A stretch of 43,840 nt of DNA from Nemertoderma westbladi (lineage: Eukaryota; Animalia; Xenacoelomorpha). Each line of letters begins with the position of its first letter. Within the stretch, counting starts at the first letter, position 1. The stretch is from positions 1 to 43,840 of the forward strand of contig JAUCBJ010000556.1 in assembly GCA_032718475.1 (NCBI GenBank), given 5' to 3'. Under the pieces are notes generated by a model. That model worked only from the letters and a program-made list of their open reading frames with translations, made no database searches and was not told where the DNA came from. The translations under genes were made by a program, and so were the position numbers. This document shows positions 23,139 through 36,705 of this stretch, piece after piece.

Positions 23139-24388
23139 GGTTATATTGAAAAATATCGAGACATGAAAAATATCGAGAGTAAAAATAACGCGAGTAAAAC
23201 ATCGAGTGTTGAAAAATAACGATAATATCGAGAGTTCAAAAAATATCGAGAGTAAAAATATCGAGGGTAAAAATATCGAGAGTAAAAATACCGAGTGTTG
23301 AAAAATATCGAGAGTAAAAATATCGAGAGTAAAAATATCGAGTGTTGAAAAATATCGAGAGTAAAAATATCGAGTGTTGAAAAATATCGAGAGTAAAAAT
23401 ATCGAGTGTTGAAAAATATCGAGAGTAAAAATATCGAGTGTTGAAAAATATCGAGAGTAAAAATATCGAGTGTTGAAAAATATCGAGAGTAAAAATATCG
23501 AGTGTTGAAAAATATCGAGTGTTGAAAAATATCGAATGTTGAAAAATATCGAGAGTAAAAATATCGAGTGTTGAAAATAATATAGAATGTTGAAAAATAT
23601 CGAGAGTAAAAATATCGATAGTAACATTTTTTTTAAATAAGGGTTGTATGATAATTTTTTTTACTAAAAATGTTCTAGAAAAACAATATTTATCAACATT
23701 TGGTAGCTTATACGTGTTCTAATATAATATTTAACAATATTTATAATATTTATCAAAATTTATAGCTAGCACTTATTTTATAATATTTATTTAAAAAATA
23801 GCAAAAACTAGCTAGTATAATAAATCTGGTAAATGGGTACCCAAGGTGTATTACATAATGCCATTCACTTGCACTTGCACTGTTGTAACCCATGCACTGC
23901 AATATTGTTCCATAATTCTAAATAAAATGCTCAAGTAAAATGCAATATTTTTACTCTCGATATTTTTCAACACTCGATATTTTTCAACACTCGATATTTT
24001 TCAACACTCGATATTTTCAACACTCGTTATTTTTACTCTCGATATTTTTCAACACTCAATATTTTTACTCTCGATATTTTTACTCTCGATATTTTTCAAC
24101 ACTCGATATTTTTACTCTCGATATTTTTCAACACTCGATATTTTTCAACACTCGATGTTTTTACTCTCGATGTTTTTCAACACTCGATATTTTTACTCTC
24201 GATATTTTTCAACACTCGATATTTTTACTCTCGATATTTTTCAACACTCGATATTTTTACTCTCGATATTTTTCAACACTCGAAATTTTCGATATTTTTC
24301 ATCTCGCGTTATTTTTACTCTCGATATTTTTACTTTCGTTATTTTTACTCTCGATATTTTTCAAGTCTCGATATTTTTCACCATTACC
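23139..24388. mobile_element. 1250-bp foldback-type non-autonomous DNA transposon, copy 1
   Basis: Termini GGTTATATTGAAAAATATCGAGAC and GTCTCGATATTTTTCACCATTACC. Arms are inverted arrays of 15/17-bp subunits (AAAAATATCGAGAGT, GAAAAATATCGAGTGTT) around an AT-rich spacer. 8-bp TSD ATTCAGGT at 23131-23138 and 24389-24396. Confidence 0.9.
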
Positions 24389-25674
24389 ATTCAGGTACCT
24401 TCCATCCCCATCTATTCAGGTACCTTCCATCCCATATATTCAGCTACCTTCCATCCCCATATATTCAGGTACCTTCCATCCCCATATATTCAGCTACCTT
24501 CCATCCCCATATATTCAGGTACCTTCCATCCCCATCTATACATTTACCTTCCATTCCCATCTATACAGGTACCTTCCATTCCCATCTATACAGGTACCTT
24601 CCATCCCCATCTATTCAGGTACCTTCCATCCCCATCTATACAGGTACCTTCCATACCATCTATTCAGGTACCTTCCATCCCCATCTATTCAGGTACCTTC
24701 CATTCCCATATATATTCATGTACCTTCCATCCCCATCTATTCAGCTACCTTCCATCCCCATATATTCAGGTACCTTCCATCCCCATCTATACAGGTACCT
24801 TCCATTCCCATCTATACAGGTACCTTCCATCCCCATCTATTCAGGTACCTTCCATCCCCATCTATACAGGTACCTTCCATTCCCATCTATTCAGGTACCT
24901 TCCATCCCCATCTATACAGGTACCTTCCATTCCCATCTATTCAGGTACCTTCCATCCCCATCTATTCATGTACCTTCCATTCCATCTATTCAGGTGCCTT
25001 CCATCCCCATCTATTCATGTACCTTCCATTCCATCTATTCAGGTACATTCCATCCCATATATTCAGGTACCTTCCATCCCCATCTATTCAGGTACCTTCC
25101 ATTCCCATATCTATTCATGTACCTTCCATCCCCATCTATTCAGCTACCTTCCATCCCCATATATTCAGGTACCTTCCATCCCCATCTATTCAGGTACTTT
25201 CCATCCCCATATATTCAGGTACATTCCATCCCCATCTATTCAGCTACCTTCCATCCCCATCTATACAGGTACCTTCCATCCCCATCTATACAGGTACCTT
25301 CCATTCCCATATCTATTCAGGTACCTTCCATCCCCATCTATTCAGGTAACTTCCATTCCCATCTATACAGGTACCTTCCATCCCATCTATTCAGGTACCT
25401 TCCATCCACATCTATACAGGTACCTTCCATTCCCATATCTATTCATGTACCTTCCATCCTCATCTATTCAAGTACCTTCCATCCCCATCTATACAGGTAC
25501 CTTCCATCCCCATCTATTCAGGTCACTTCCATTCCCATCTATTCAGGTACCTTCCATCCCCATCTATTCAGGTACCTTCCATCCCCATCTATTCAGGTAC
25601 CTTCCATTCCCATATATATTCATGTACCTTCCATCCCCATCTATTCAGGTACCTTCCATCCCATCTATTCAGGT

Positions 25675-26924
25675 GGTTATATTGAAAAATATCGAGACAT
25701 GAAAAATATCGAGAGTAAAAATAACGCGAGTAAAACATCGAGTGTTGAAAAATAACGATAATATCGAGAGTTCAAAAAATATCGAGAGTAAAAATATCGA
25801 GGGTAAAAATATCGAGAGTAAAAATACCGAGTGTTGAAAAATATCGAGAGTAAAAATATCGAGAGTAAAAATATCGAGTGTTGAAAAATATCGAGAGTAA
25901 AAATATCGAGTGTTGAAAAATATCGAGAGTAAAAATATCGAGTGTTGAAAAATATCAAGAGTAAAAATATCGAGTGTTGAAAAATATCGAGAGTAAAAAT
26001 ATCGAGTGTTGAAAAATATCGAGAGTAAAAATATCGAGTGTTGAAAAATATCGAGTGTTGAAAAATATCGAATGTTGAAAAATATCGAGAGTAAAAATAT
26101 CGAGTGTTGAAAATAATATAGAATGTTGAAAAATATCGAGAGTAAAAATATCGATAGTAACATTTTTTTTAAATAAGGGTTGTATGATAATTTTTTTTAC
26201 TAAAAATGTTCTAGAAAAACAATATTTATCAACATTTGGTAGCTTATACGTGTTCTAATATAATATTTAACAATATTTATAATATTTATCAAAATTTATA
26301 GCTAGCACTTATTTTATAATATTTATTAAAAAAATAGCAAAAACTAGCTAGTATAATAAATCTGGTAAATGGGTACCCAAGGTGTATTACATAATGCCAT
26401 TCACTTGCACTTGCACTGTTGTAACCCATGCACTGCAATATTGTTCCATAATTCTAAATAAAATGCTCAAGTAAAATGCAATATTTTTACTCTCGATATT
26501 TTTCAACACTCGATATTTTTCAACACTCGATATTTTTCAACACTCGATATTTTCAACACTCGTTATTTTTACTCTCGATATTTTTCAACACTCAATATTT
26601 TTACTCTCGATATTTTTACTCTCGATATTTTTCAACACTCGATATTTTTACTCTCGATATTTTTCAACACTCGATATTTTTCAACACTCGATGTTTTTAC
26701 TCTCGATGTTTTTCAACACTCGATATTTTTACTCTCGATATTTTTCAACACTCGATATTTTTACTCTCGATATTTTTCAACACTCGATATTTTTACTCTC
26801 TATATTTTTCAACACTCGAAATTTTCGATATTTTTCATCTCGCGTTATTTTTACTCTCGATATTTTTACTTTCGTTATTTTTACTCTCGATATTTTTCAA
26901 GTCTCGATATTTTTCACCATTACC
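25675..26924. mobile_element. 1250-bp foldback-type element, copy 2
   Basis: Nearly identical to copy 1 (offset 2536 bp, a few substitutions). Same TSD ATTCAGGT at 25667-25674 and 26925-26932. Confidence 0.9.
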
Positions 26925-29900
26925 ATTCAGGTACCTTCCATCCCCATCTATTCAGGTACCTTCCATCCCATCTATACAGGTATCTTCCATCCCATCTATG
27001 CAGGTACCTTCCATCCCCATCTATTCAGGTACCTTCCATTCCCATCTATACAGGTACCTTCCATCCCCATATATTCAGCTACCTTCCATCCCCATATATT
27101 CATGTACCTTCCATCCCCATCTATTCAGGTACCTTCCAATCCCATACATTCAGGTACCTTCCATTCCCATACATTCAGGTACCTTCCATTCCCATCTATT
27201 CAGGTACCTTCCATTCCCATCTATACAGGTACCTTCCATCCCCATATATTCAGCTACCTTCCATCCCCATCTATTCAGGTATCTTCCATTCCCATCTATA
27301 CAGGTACCTTCCATCCCCATATATTCAGCTACCTTCCATCCCCATATATTCATGTACCTTCCATCCCCATCTATTCAGGTACCTTCCATTCCCATACATT
27401 CAGCTACCTTCCATCCCCATATATTCAGCTACCTTCCATCCCCATATATTCATGTACCTTCCATCCCATCTATGCAGGTACCTTCCATTCCCATCTATAC
27501 AGGTACCTTCCATCCCCATATATTCAGCTACCTTCCATCCCCATATATTCATGTACCTTCCATCCCCATCTATTCAGGTACCTTCCATCCCCATATATTC
27601 AGCTACCTTCCATCCCCATCTATTCAGTTACCTTCCATTCCCATATCTATTCATGTACCTTCCATCCACATCTATTCAGCTACCTTCCATCCCCATATAT
27701 TCAGGTACCTTCCATCCCCATCTATACAGGTACCTTCCATTCCCATAATTTCAGCTACCTTCCATCCCCATATATTCAGCTACCTTCCATCCCCATATAT
27801 TCATGTACCTTCCATCCCCATATATTCAGGTACCTTCCATCGCCATTTATTCATGTACCTTCCATTCCCATCTATACAGGTACCTTCCATCCCCATCTAT
27901 ACAGGTACCTTCCATCCCCATATATTCAGCTACCTTCCATCCCCATATATTCATGTACCTTCCATCCCCATATATTCAGGTACCTTCCATCGCCATTTAT
28001 TCATGTACCTTCCATTCCCATCTATACAGGTACCTTCCATCCCCATCTATACAGGTACCTTCCATCCCCATATATTCAGCTACCTTCCATCCCCATCTAT
28101 TCAGTTACCTTCCATTCCCATATCTATTCATGTACCTTCCATCCCCATCTATTCAGCTACCTTCCATCCCCATATATTCAGCTACCTTCCATCCCCATCT
28201 ATTCAGTTACCTTCCATTCCCATATCTATTCATGTACCTTCCATCCCCATCTATTCAGCTACCTTCCATCCCCATATATTCAGGTACCTTCCATCCCCAT
28301 CTATACAGGTACCTTCCATTCCCATCTATACAGGTACCTTCCATCCCCATCTATTCAGGTACCTTCCATCCCCATCTATACAGGTACCTTCCATTCCCAT
28401 CTATACAGGTACCTTCCATTCCCATCTATACAGGTACCTTCCATCCCCATCTATTCAGGTACCTTCCATCCCCATCTATACAGGTACCTTCCATTCCCAT
28501 CTATACAGGTATCTTCCATCCCATCTATTCAGGTACCTTCCATCCCCATAAATTCAGGTACCTTCCATTCCCATCTATTCAGGTACTTCCATTCCCATAT
28601 CTATTCATGTACCTTCCATCCCCATCTATTCAGCTACCTTCCATCCCCATATATTCAGGTACCTTCCATCCCCATCTATACAGGTACCTTCCATTCCCAT
28701 CTATACAGGTACCTTCCATCCCCATCTATACAGGTACCTTCCATTCCCATCTATACAGGTACCTTCCATTCCCATCTATACAGGTACCTTCCATCCCCAT
28801 CTATTCAGGTACCTTCCATTCCCATCTATACAGGTACCTTCCATTCCCATCTATACAGGTACCTTCCATCCCCATATATTCAGGTACCTTCCATCCCCAT
28901 ATATTCAGGTACCTTCCATTCCCATCTATACAGGTATCTTCCATCCCATCTATTCAGGTACCTTCCATCCCCATAAATTCAGGTACCTTCCATCCCCATC
29001 TATTCAGCTACCTTCCATCCCCATATATTCAGGTACCTTCCATCCCCATCTATACAGGTACCTTCCATTCCCATCTATACAGGTACCTTCCATTCCCATC
29101 TATACAGGTACCTTCCATCCCCATCTATTCAGGTACCTTCCATTCCCATCTATACAGGTACCTTCCATTCCCATCTATACAGGTACCTTCCATCCCCATA
29201 TATTCAGGTACCTTCCATCCCCATATATTCAGGTACCTTCCATTCCCATCTATACAGGTATCTTCCATCCCATCTATTCAGGTACCTTCCATCCCCATAA
29301 ATTCAGGTACCTTCCATCCCCATCTATTCAGCTACCTTCCATCCCCATATATTCAGGTACCTTCCATCCCCATCTATACAGGTACCTTCCATCCCCATCT
29401 ATACAGGTACCTTCCATTCCCATCTATACAGGTACCTTCCATTCCCATCTATACAGGTACCTTCCATTCCCATCTATACAGGTACCTTCCATCCCCATCT
29501 ATTCAGGTACCTTCCATCCCCATCTATTCAGGTACCTTCCATTCCCATATATATTCATGTACCTTCCATCCCCATCTATTCAGCTACCTTCCATCCCCAT
29601 ATATTCAGGTACCTTCCATCCCCATCTATACAGGTACCTTCCATTCCCATCTATACAGGTACCTTCCATCCCCATCTATTCAGGTACCTTCCATCCCCAT
29701 CTATTCAGCTACCTTCCATCCCCATATATTCAGGTACCTTCCATCCCCATATATTCAGGTACCTTCCATCCCCATCTATTCAGGTACCTTCCATCCCCAT
29801 CTATACAGGTACCTTCCATTCCCATCTATACAGGTACCTTCCATTCCCATCTATACAGGTACCTTCCATCCCCATCTATTCAGGTACCTTCCATCCCCAT

Positions 29901-32900
29901 CTATTCAGGTACCTTCCATTCCCATCTATACAGGTATCTTCCATCCCATCTATTCAGGTACCTTCCATCCCCATATATTCAGGTACCTTCCATCCCCATC
30001 TATTCAGGTACCTTCCATTCCCATATCTATTCATGTACCTTCCATCCCCATCTATTCAGCTACCTTCCATCCCCATATATTCAGGTACCTTCCATCCCCA
30101 TCTATACATTTACCTTCCATTCCCATCTATACAGGTACCTTCCATCCCCATCTATACAGGTACCTTCCATCCCCATCTATTCAGGTACCTTCCATCCCCA
30201 TCTATACAGGTACCTTCCATCCCCATATATTCAGGTACCTTCCATCCCCATCTATTCAGGTACCTTCCATTCCCATACATTCAGGTACCTTCCATTCCCA
30301 TACATTCAGGTACCTTCCATCCCCATATATTCAGCTACCTTCCATCCCCATCTATTCAGGTACCTTCCATTCCCATATCTATTCATGTACCTTCCATCCC
30401 CATCTATTCAGCTACCTTCCATCCCCATATATTCAGGTACCTTCCATCCCCATCTATACAGGTACCTTCCATTCCCATCTATTCAGCTACCTTCCATCCC
30501 CATCTATTCAGGTACCTTCCATCCCCATATATTCATGTACCTTCCATCCCCATCTATTCAGGTACCTTCCATCCCATCTATTCATGTACCTTCCATTCCC
30601 ATCTATACAGGTACCTTCCATCCCCATATATTCAGGTACCTTCCATCCCCATCTATTCAGTTACCTTCCATTCCCATATCTATTCATGTACCTTCCATCC
30701 CCATCTATTCAGCTACCTTCCATCCCCATATATTCAGCTACCTTCCATCCCCATCTATTCAGGTACCTTCCATTCCCATATCTATTCATGTACCTTCCAT
30801 CCCCATCTATTCAGCTACCTTCCATCCCCATATATTCAGGTACCTTCCATCCCCATCTATACAGGTACCTTCCATTCCCATCTATACAGGTACCTTCCAT
30901 CCCCATCTATTCAGGTACCTTCCATCCCCATCTATACAGGTACCTTCCATTCCCATCTATACAGGTACCTTCCATTCCCATCTATTCAGGTACCTTCCAT
31001 CCCCATCTATTCAGGTACCTTCCATCCCCATCTATACAGGTACCTTCCATCCCCATCTATACAGGTACCTTCCATCCCATCTATTCAGGTACCTTCCATC
31101 CCCATCTATTCAGGTACCTTCCATTCCCATCTATTCAGGTACTTCCATTCCCATATCTATTCATGTACCTTCCATCCCCATCTATTCAGCTACCTTCCAT
31201 CCCCATATATTCAGGTACCTTCCATCCCCATCTATACAGGTACCTTCCATTCCCATCTATACAGGTACCTTCCATCCCCATCTATACAGGTACCTTCCAT
31301 TCCCATCTATACAGGTACCTTCCATTCCCATCTATTCAGGTACCTTCCATCCCCATCTATTCAGGTACCTTCCATTCCCATCTATACAGGTACCTTCCAT
31401 TCCCATCTATTCAGGTACCTTCCATCCCCATCTATTCAGGTACCTTCCATCCCCATATATTCAGGTACCTTCCATTCCCATCTATACAGGTACCTTCCAT
31501 CCCATCTATTCAGGTACCTTCCATCCCCATATATTCAGGTACCTTCCATCCCCATCTATTCAGCTACCTTCCATCCCCATATATTCAGGTACCTTCCATC
31601 CCCATCTATACAGGTACCTTCCATTCCCATCTATACAGGTACCTTCCATTCCCATCTATACAGGTACCTTCCATCCCCATCTATTCAGGTACCTTCCATT
31701 CCCATCTATACAGGTACCTTCCATTCCCATCTATACAGGTACCTTCCATCCCCATATATTCAGGTACCTTCCATCCCCATATATTCAGGTACCTTCCATT
31801 CCCATCTATTCAGGTACCTTCCATCCCATCTATTCAGGTACCTTCCATCCCCATATATTCAGGTACCTTCCATCCCCATCTATTCAGCTACCTTCCATCC
31901 CCATATATTCAGGTACCTTCCATCCCCATCTATACAGGTACCTTCCATCCCCATCTATACAGGTACCTTCCATCCCCATCTATACAGGTACCTTCCATCC
32001 CCATCTATACAGGTACCTTCCATCCCCATCTATACAGGTACCTTCCATCCCCATCTATTCAGGTACCTTCCATCCCCATCTATTCAGGTACCTTCCATTC
32101 CCATATATATTCATGTACCTTCCATCCCCATCTATTCAGCTACCTTCCATCCCCATATATTCAGGTACCTTCCATCCCCATCTATACAGGTACCTTCCAT
32201 TCCCATCTATTCAGGTACCTTCCATCCCCATCTATTCAGGTACCTTCCATCCCCATCTATTCAGGTACCTTCCATCCCCATATATTCAGGTACCTTCCAT
32301 CCCCATATATTCAGGTACCTTCCATCCCCATCTATTCAGGTACCTTCCATCCCCATCTATTCAGGTACCTTCCATTCCCATCTATTCAGGTACCTTCCAT
32401 TCCCATCTATTCAGGTACCTTCCATCCCCATCTATTCAGGTACCTTCCATCCCCATCTATTCAGGTACCTTCCATTCCCATCTATACAGGTACCTTCCAT
32501 CCCATCTATTCAGGTACCTTCCATCCCCATATATTCAGGTACCTTCCATCCCCATCTATTCAGGTACCTTCCATTCCCATATCTATTCATGTACCTTCCA
32601 TCCCCATCTATTCAGCTACCTTCCATCCCCATATATTCAGGTACCTTCCATCCCCATCTATACATTTACCTTCCATTCCCATCTATACAGGTACCTTCCA
32701 TTCCCATCTATACAGGTACCTTCCATCCCCATCTATTCAGGTACCTTCCATCCCCATCTATACAGGTACCTTCCATCCCATCTATTCAGGTACCTTCCAT
32801 CCCCATCTATTCAGGTACCTTCCATTCCCATATCTATTCAGGTACCTTCCATCCCCATCTATTCAGGTACCTTCCATCCCCATATATTCAGGTACCTTCC

Positions 32901-33709
32901 ATCCCCATCTATACAGGTACCTTCCATTCCCATCTATACAGGTACCTTCCATCCCCATCTATTCAGGTACCTTCCATCCCCATCTATTCAGGTACCTTCC
33001 ATCCCCATCTATTCAGGTACCTTCCATCCCCATCTATACAGGTACCTTCCATCCCCATCTATTCAGGTACCTTCCATCCCCATCTATTCATGTACCTTCC
33101 ATTCCCATCTATTCAGGTACCTTCCATCCCCATCTATTCATGTACCTTCCATTCCCATCTATTCAGGTACCTTCCATCCCATATATTCAGGTACCTTCCA
33201 TCCCCATCTATTCAGGTACCTTCCATTCCCATATCTATTCATGTACCTTCCATCCCCATCTATTCAGCTACCTTCCATCCCCATATATTCAGGTACCTTC
33301 CATCCCCATCTATTCAGGTACTTTCCATCCCCATATATTCAGGTACATTCCATCCCCATCTATTCAGCTACCTTCCATCCCCATATATTCAGGTACCTTC
33401 CATCCCCATCTATTCAGGTACTTTCCATCCCCATATATTCAGGTACCTTCCATCCCCATCTATGCAGGTACCTTCCATCCCCATCTATTCAGGTACCTTC
33501 CATTCCCATCTATACAGGTACCTTCCATCCCCATATATTCAGCTACCTTCCATCCCCATCTATTCAGGTACCTTCCATTCCCATCTATACAGGTACCTTC
33601 CATCCCCATCTATTCAAGTACCTTCCATTCCCATATCTATTCATGTACCTTCCATCCCCATCTATTCAGGTACTGGTATTACTGTGATAGCATTAGAAAT
33701 TACAATTTG

Positions 33710-33927
33710 TTTAAATAAGGGTTGTACTGTAATGATTGATGATCCCTGTACCGGTACTATTTAATTTTTTCCAAAAATGTTCCGGAACAAAAAAATGTGT
33801 TCTAGGAAAAAAATATTTATCAAAGTTGATAGCTAGCAAATCTTCTATAACATTTATAAAAAAATTGCAAAAACTAGCTAGTATAAATAATCTGGTCAAT
33901 AATGGGTACCCTAGGTGTATTAATGCC
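33710..33927 (+). mobile_element. Diverged homolog of the foldback element's internal spacer
   Basis: Collinear blocks shared with 23632-23862: TTTAAATAAGGGTTGTA, AAAAATGTTC, AATATTTATCAAA, ATAGCTAGCA, GCAAAAACTAGCTAGTATAA, AATGGGTACCC.AGGTGTATTA, TAATGCC. Confidence 0.85.
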
Positions 33928-34689
33928 AAAAGTAGTCTAAAACTAATTAGAGTAGGCCTAAAAAGAAATAAAGGGTGACTTGTGCACTAGTCCTTAATTA
34001 CCTTCTGTTGTGAAACATTGAGTTAGTAAGAGGAAGGGTAATATAATACTTCCACCATTAGTGCCCATTGTTCTATTTTTCAAAATTTATTCACATTATA
34101 TAGAAATATTTAAGTACAACCTAAATATTATGTTCCAGAACATACTGGCGTCGCCATGGATTTATGAAAGAAAAAAAACAATGAATAGTTTAATTTTTGC
34201 GCAATAAAATTTTGAAACTGGAGGAAGACTTGAAATATCGTCTGGGTATTTATTAACAATATCAATTATTTACCAATTGGCCTAATTATATGGCTAATAT
34301 TAATCATCAAAAACATACAGAAACAGTTTACAGCTAAAATATAATCTTCACTTAATACATACAACAATGAAACTGATATATATTAATTACTGCACATACA
34401 AAATAATGAAAAGTATATAATGTACCTAAAGGAAATAATACAGGATAATACAATACAACATAATAGAGGAAAATACAACATAGTAGGCCCTACAACAATT
34501 ATATATTAGAGCATACCCGGTACTGTAACTGCAAAGATAAATAAAGAAGAAATACCAAAAAGCTAAAAAAAAATCAAAGGAAAAAAGGGCACAGAGCGAA
34601 GAGACGGGCTTTCGATAGAGTTTGTCAATGGACTTAGAGTTCAATTCTTTGATGGGGATAGGGGGGGGGGGGGGGGGGGGGGGTAGTAG

Positions 34690-35095
34690 TTAAAGGACTC
34701 CATGATGCGTAGGAAGTATTTCCAGCTTGGACATAAATTCCAAGACGCGTCTAAGGAAAGTGGAGGACCTTGGGTCACCATTGACCGAGGTTAGTCTTCT
34801 ACCAAGTTCTTGCAGTAAGGATAGTGTTTGTGGTGGACCGAAACCTCCGAGGCGCTCTACTGCAATTGGCTGAATTATTACAGCTGCAGAGATATTACTG
34901 TATTTCTTAATCTTTCTGGCTTCTGCCATCTCTGCTACGGAGGAACCCTCACACTCTGCCAAGCAACTGCATGAGGCTGCCATGCGGTTAACGCATGTAA
35001 AATCCCAGGCTAATGTTTTACCTTACACCTTATTCCCTACACAGACCAACAGGTTCTAGTGAGGTGGTATCTCAGCTGAAGGAAGAGCTCTATAG
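34690..35095 (-). pseudogene. Decayed RLE-domain fragment of a second non-LTR retrotransposon (CRE-like)
   Basis: Minus-strand pieces RALPSAEIP, LEPVGLCRE and GKTLAWDFTCVNRMAAS...AEARKIKKY...PIAVERLGGFG...LQELGRRL...FL fit RLE C-termini. Stops and frameshifts are present and the RPDG segment is missing. Confidence 0.75.
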
Positions 35096-35484
35096 ATTGC
35101 TCTATAGTTTACAGCTTAATTATGAGCAGTGCTAAAATCCACAAAGACCCACCCGGACCCAAAAAATGACCATTACACTATGACGCAATGAGGCACCAAC
35201 CCATTCCGACACAGGAGATGGTGCACAGTCGTTAAATTAATGCTATCAAAGTTAATTCTGCGAAAAATTATGCAATTTATGAGGAAAGCACTGAGCCACA
35301 AAGACCCAAAACTTTTTTTTTCTTTTTCATTTTTGAATAAATGTGAATTAGCTGATTGATTCTGACTAACTTTTCCATGGTGATTTCTTATTGGTTACTT
35401 TTTATACCATCTACCCTATTAGTGATCTACCCTATTATTAATGATGGTAATAAAATGGTGCCGAAGCATGTCAGATACTGTACG

Positions 35485-36372
35485 TTGAACACGGACCCAA
35501 AGGGTGGTAGTTGCGTTGAGCACGGACCCAAAGGTTGATCGACATGTTGAACACGGACCCATATGAGAGTAGATAGGTTAAGCACGGACCCAAATCTTAT
35601 GGTAGATACTTTGAACACGGACCCAAAGGCTGCCAGATACTTTGAACACGGACCCAAAGGATTTCAGATACTTTGTACACGGACCCAAACGATGTCATTG
35701 AACACGGACCCAAAGGATTTCAGATACTTTGCACACGGACCCAAACGATGTCAGATACTTTGAACACGGACGCAAAGGATCTCAGATACTATGAACACGG
35801 ACCCAAAGGATGCCAGATACTCGACACACGGACCCAAAGGATCTCAGATACTTTGAACACGGACCCAAATGTTGGCAGATACTTTGCACCCGGACCCAAA
35901 GGATGCCAGATACTTTGAACACAGACCCAAAGGATCTCAGATACTCTGAACACGGACACTAAGGATGTCAGATACTCGACACACGGACCCAAAGGATGCC
36001 AGATGCTTTAAACACGGACCCAAACGACGTCAGATACTTTGAACACGGACGCAAAGGATCGTCAGATGCGTTGATCTCGGTTCCTAAGGATGTCAGATAC
36101 TCGACACACGGACCCAAAGGATGGTAAATGCTTTGAACACGGAACCAAAGGATGTCAGATACTCGAACACGGCCCAAAGGATTCAGATACTTTGGACAAC
36201 GAGGATACCAGCAAAATCCGCGGATCCGTGTCAGATACTCTGCACACGGACCCAAAGGATGTCAGATACTTTGGACACGGACCCAACGGATGTCATATAC
36301 TTTGCACACGGACCCAAAGAATGGTAGATGCGTTAAACACGGACCCAAATGTTGGCATATACTTTGCACACG
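35485..36372 (+). repeat. 31-bp subterminal tandem array, left arm (TTTGAACACGGACCCAAAGGATGTCAGATAC)n
   Basis: The CACGGACCCAAA core recurs about every 31 bp; copies are diverged. Confidence 0.93.
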
Positions 36373-36705
36373 ACACATGACAAACGCCGAGCTTTATGTT
36401 ACTATACCACCTGTATCAACCACCCTCCGTGAACGCAGATTAAGATTCAGTGGGCACTGCTGGAGAAGTAAAGACGAGGTCATAACAGATCTACTTTTCT
36501 GGCAACCAACACATGGAAAGCATACCCGTGGACGACCGGCTATAACATATAGACCAGACTTGTCGCCCGCCCCAGCTTGAAAGGGATGCTGAACTTGAGA
36601 GAAACAATATTGCGACAACTAAGGAGAATCGGGAAGCCTGGAAGGATCTTATTTCCACTGTCCGAGTTAGCTCGACCTAGTACTGTAGTAGTAGTAGTAG
36701 TAGTA
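36373..36705 (+). mobile_element. 3' fragment of an RTE-clade LINE with a (GTA)7 tail
   Basis: HMTNAELY..IPPVS..LRERRLRFSGHCWRS..E....LLFWQP..G...RGRP..TY, then after a frameshift QLERDAEL...ENREAWKDLISTVRVSST*. Microsatellite tail at 36685-36705. Confidence 0.85.

Larger units (their letters stand above)
11291..33673. repeat. 25-bp satellite (GGTACCTTCCATCCCCATCTATTCA)n, roughly 600 units, interrupted by a LINE and two foldback elements
   Basis: Direct periodicity with 24-27-bp variants and 25-aa periodic pseudo-ORFs. Copy number estimated from array length minus insertions. Confidence 0.98.

Noticed and set aside
11129-33764. Very long + strand ORFs (up to 1971 aa) of SGTFHPHLFRYLPSPSIQVPSIPIY repeats
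   Set aside because: A stop-free 25-nt unit gives the same peptide in all three frames, and frequent 1-2-nt indels show no frame selection.
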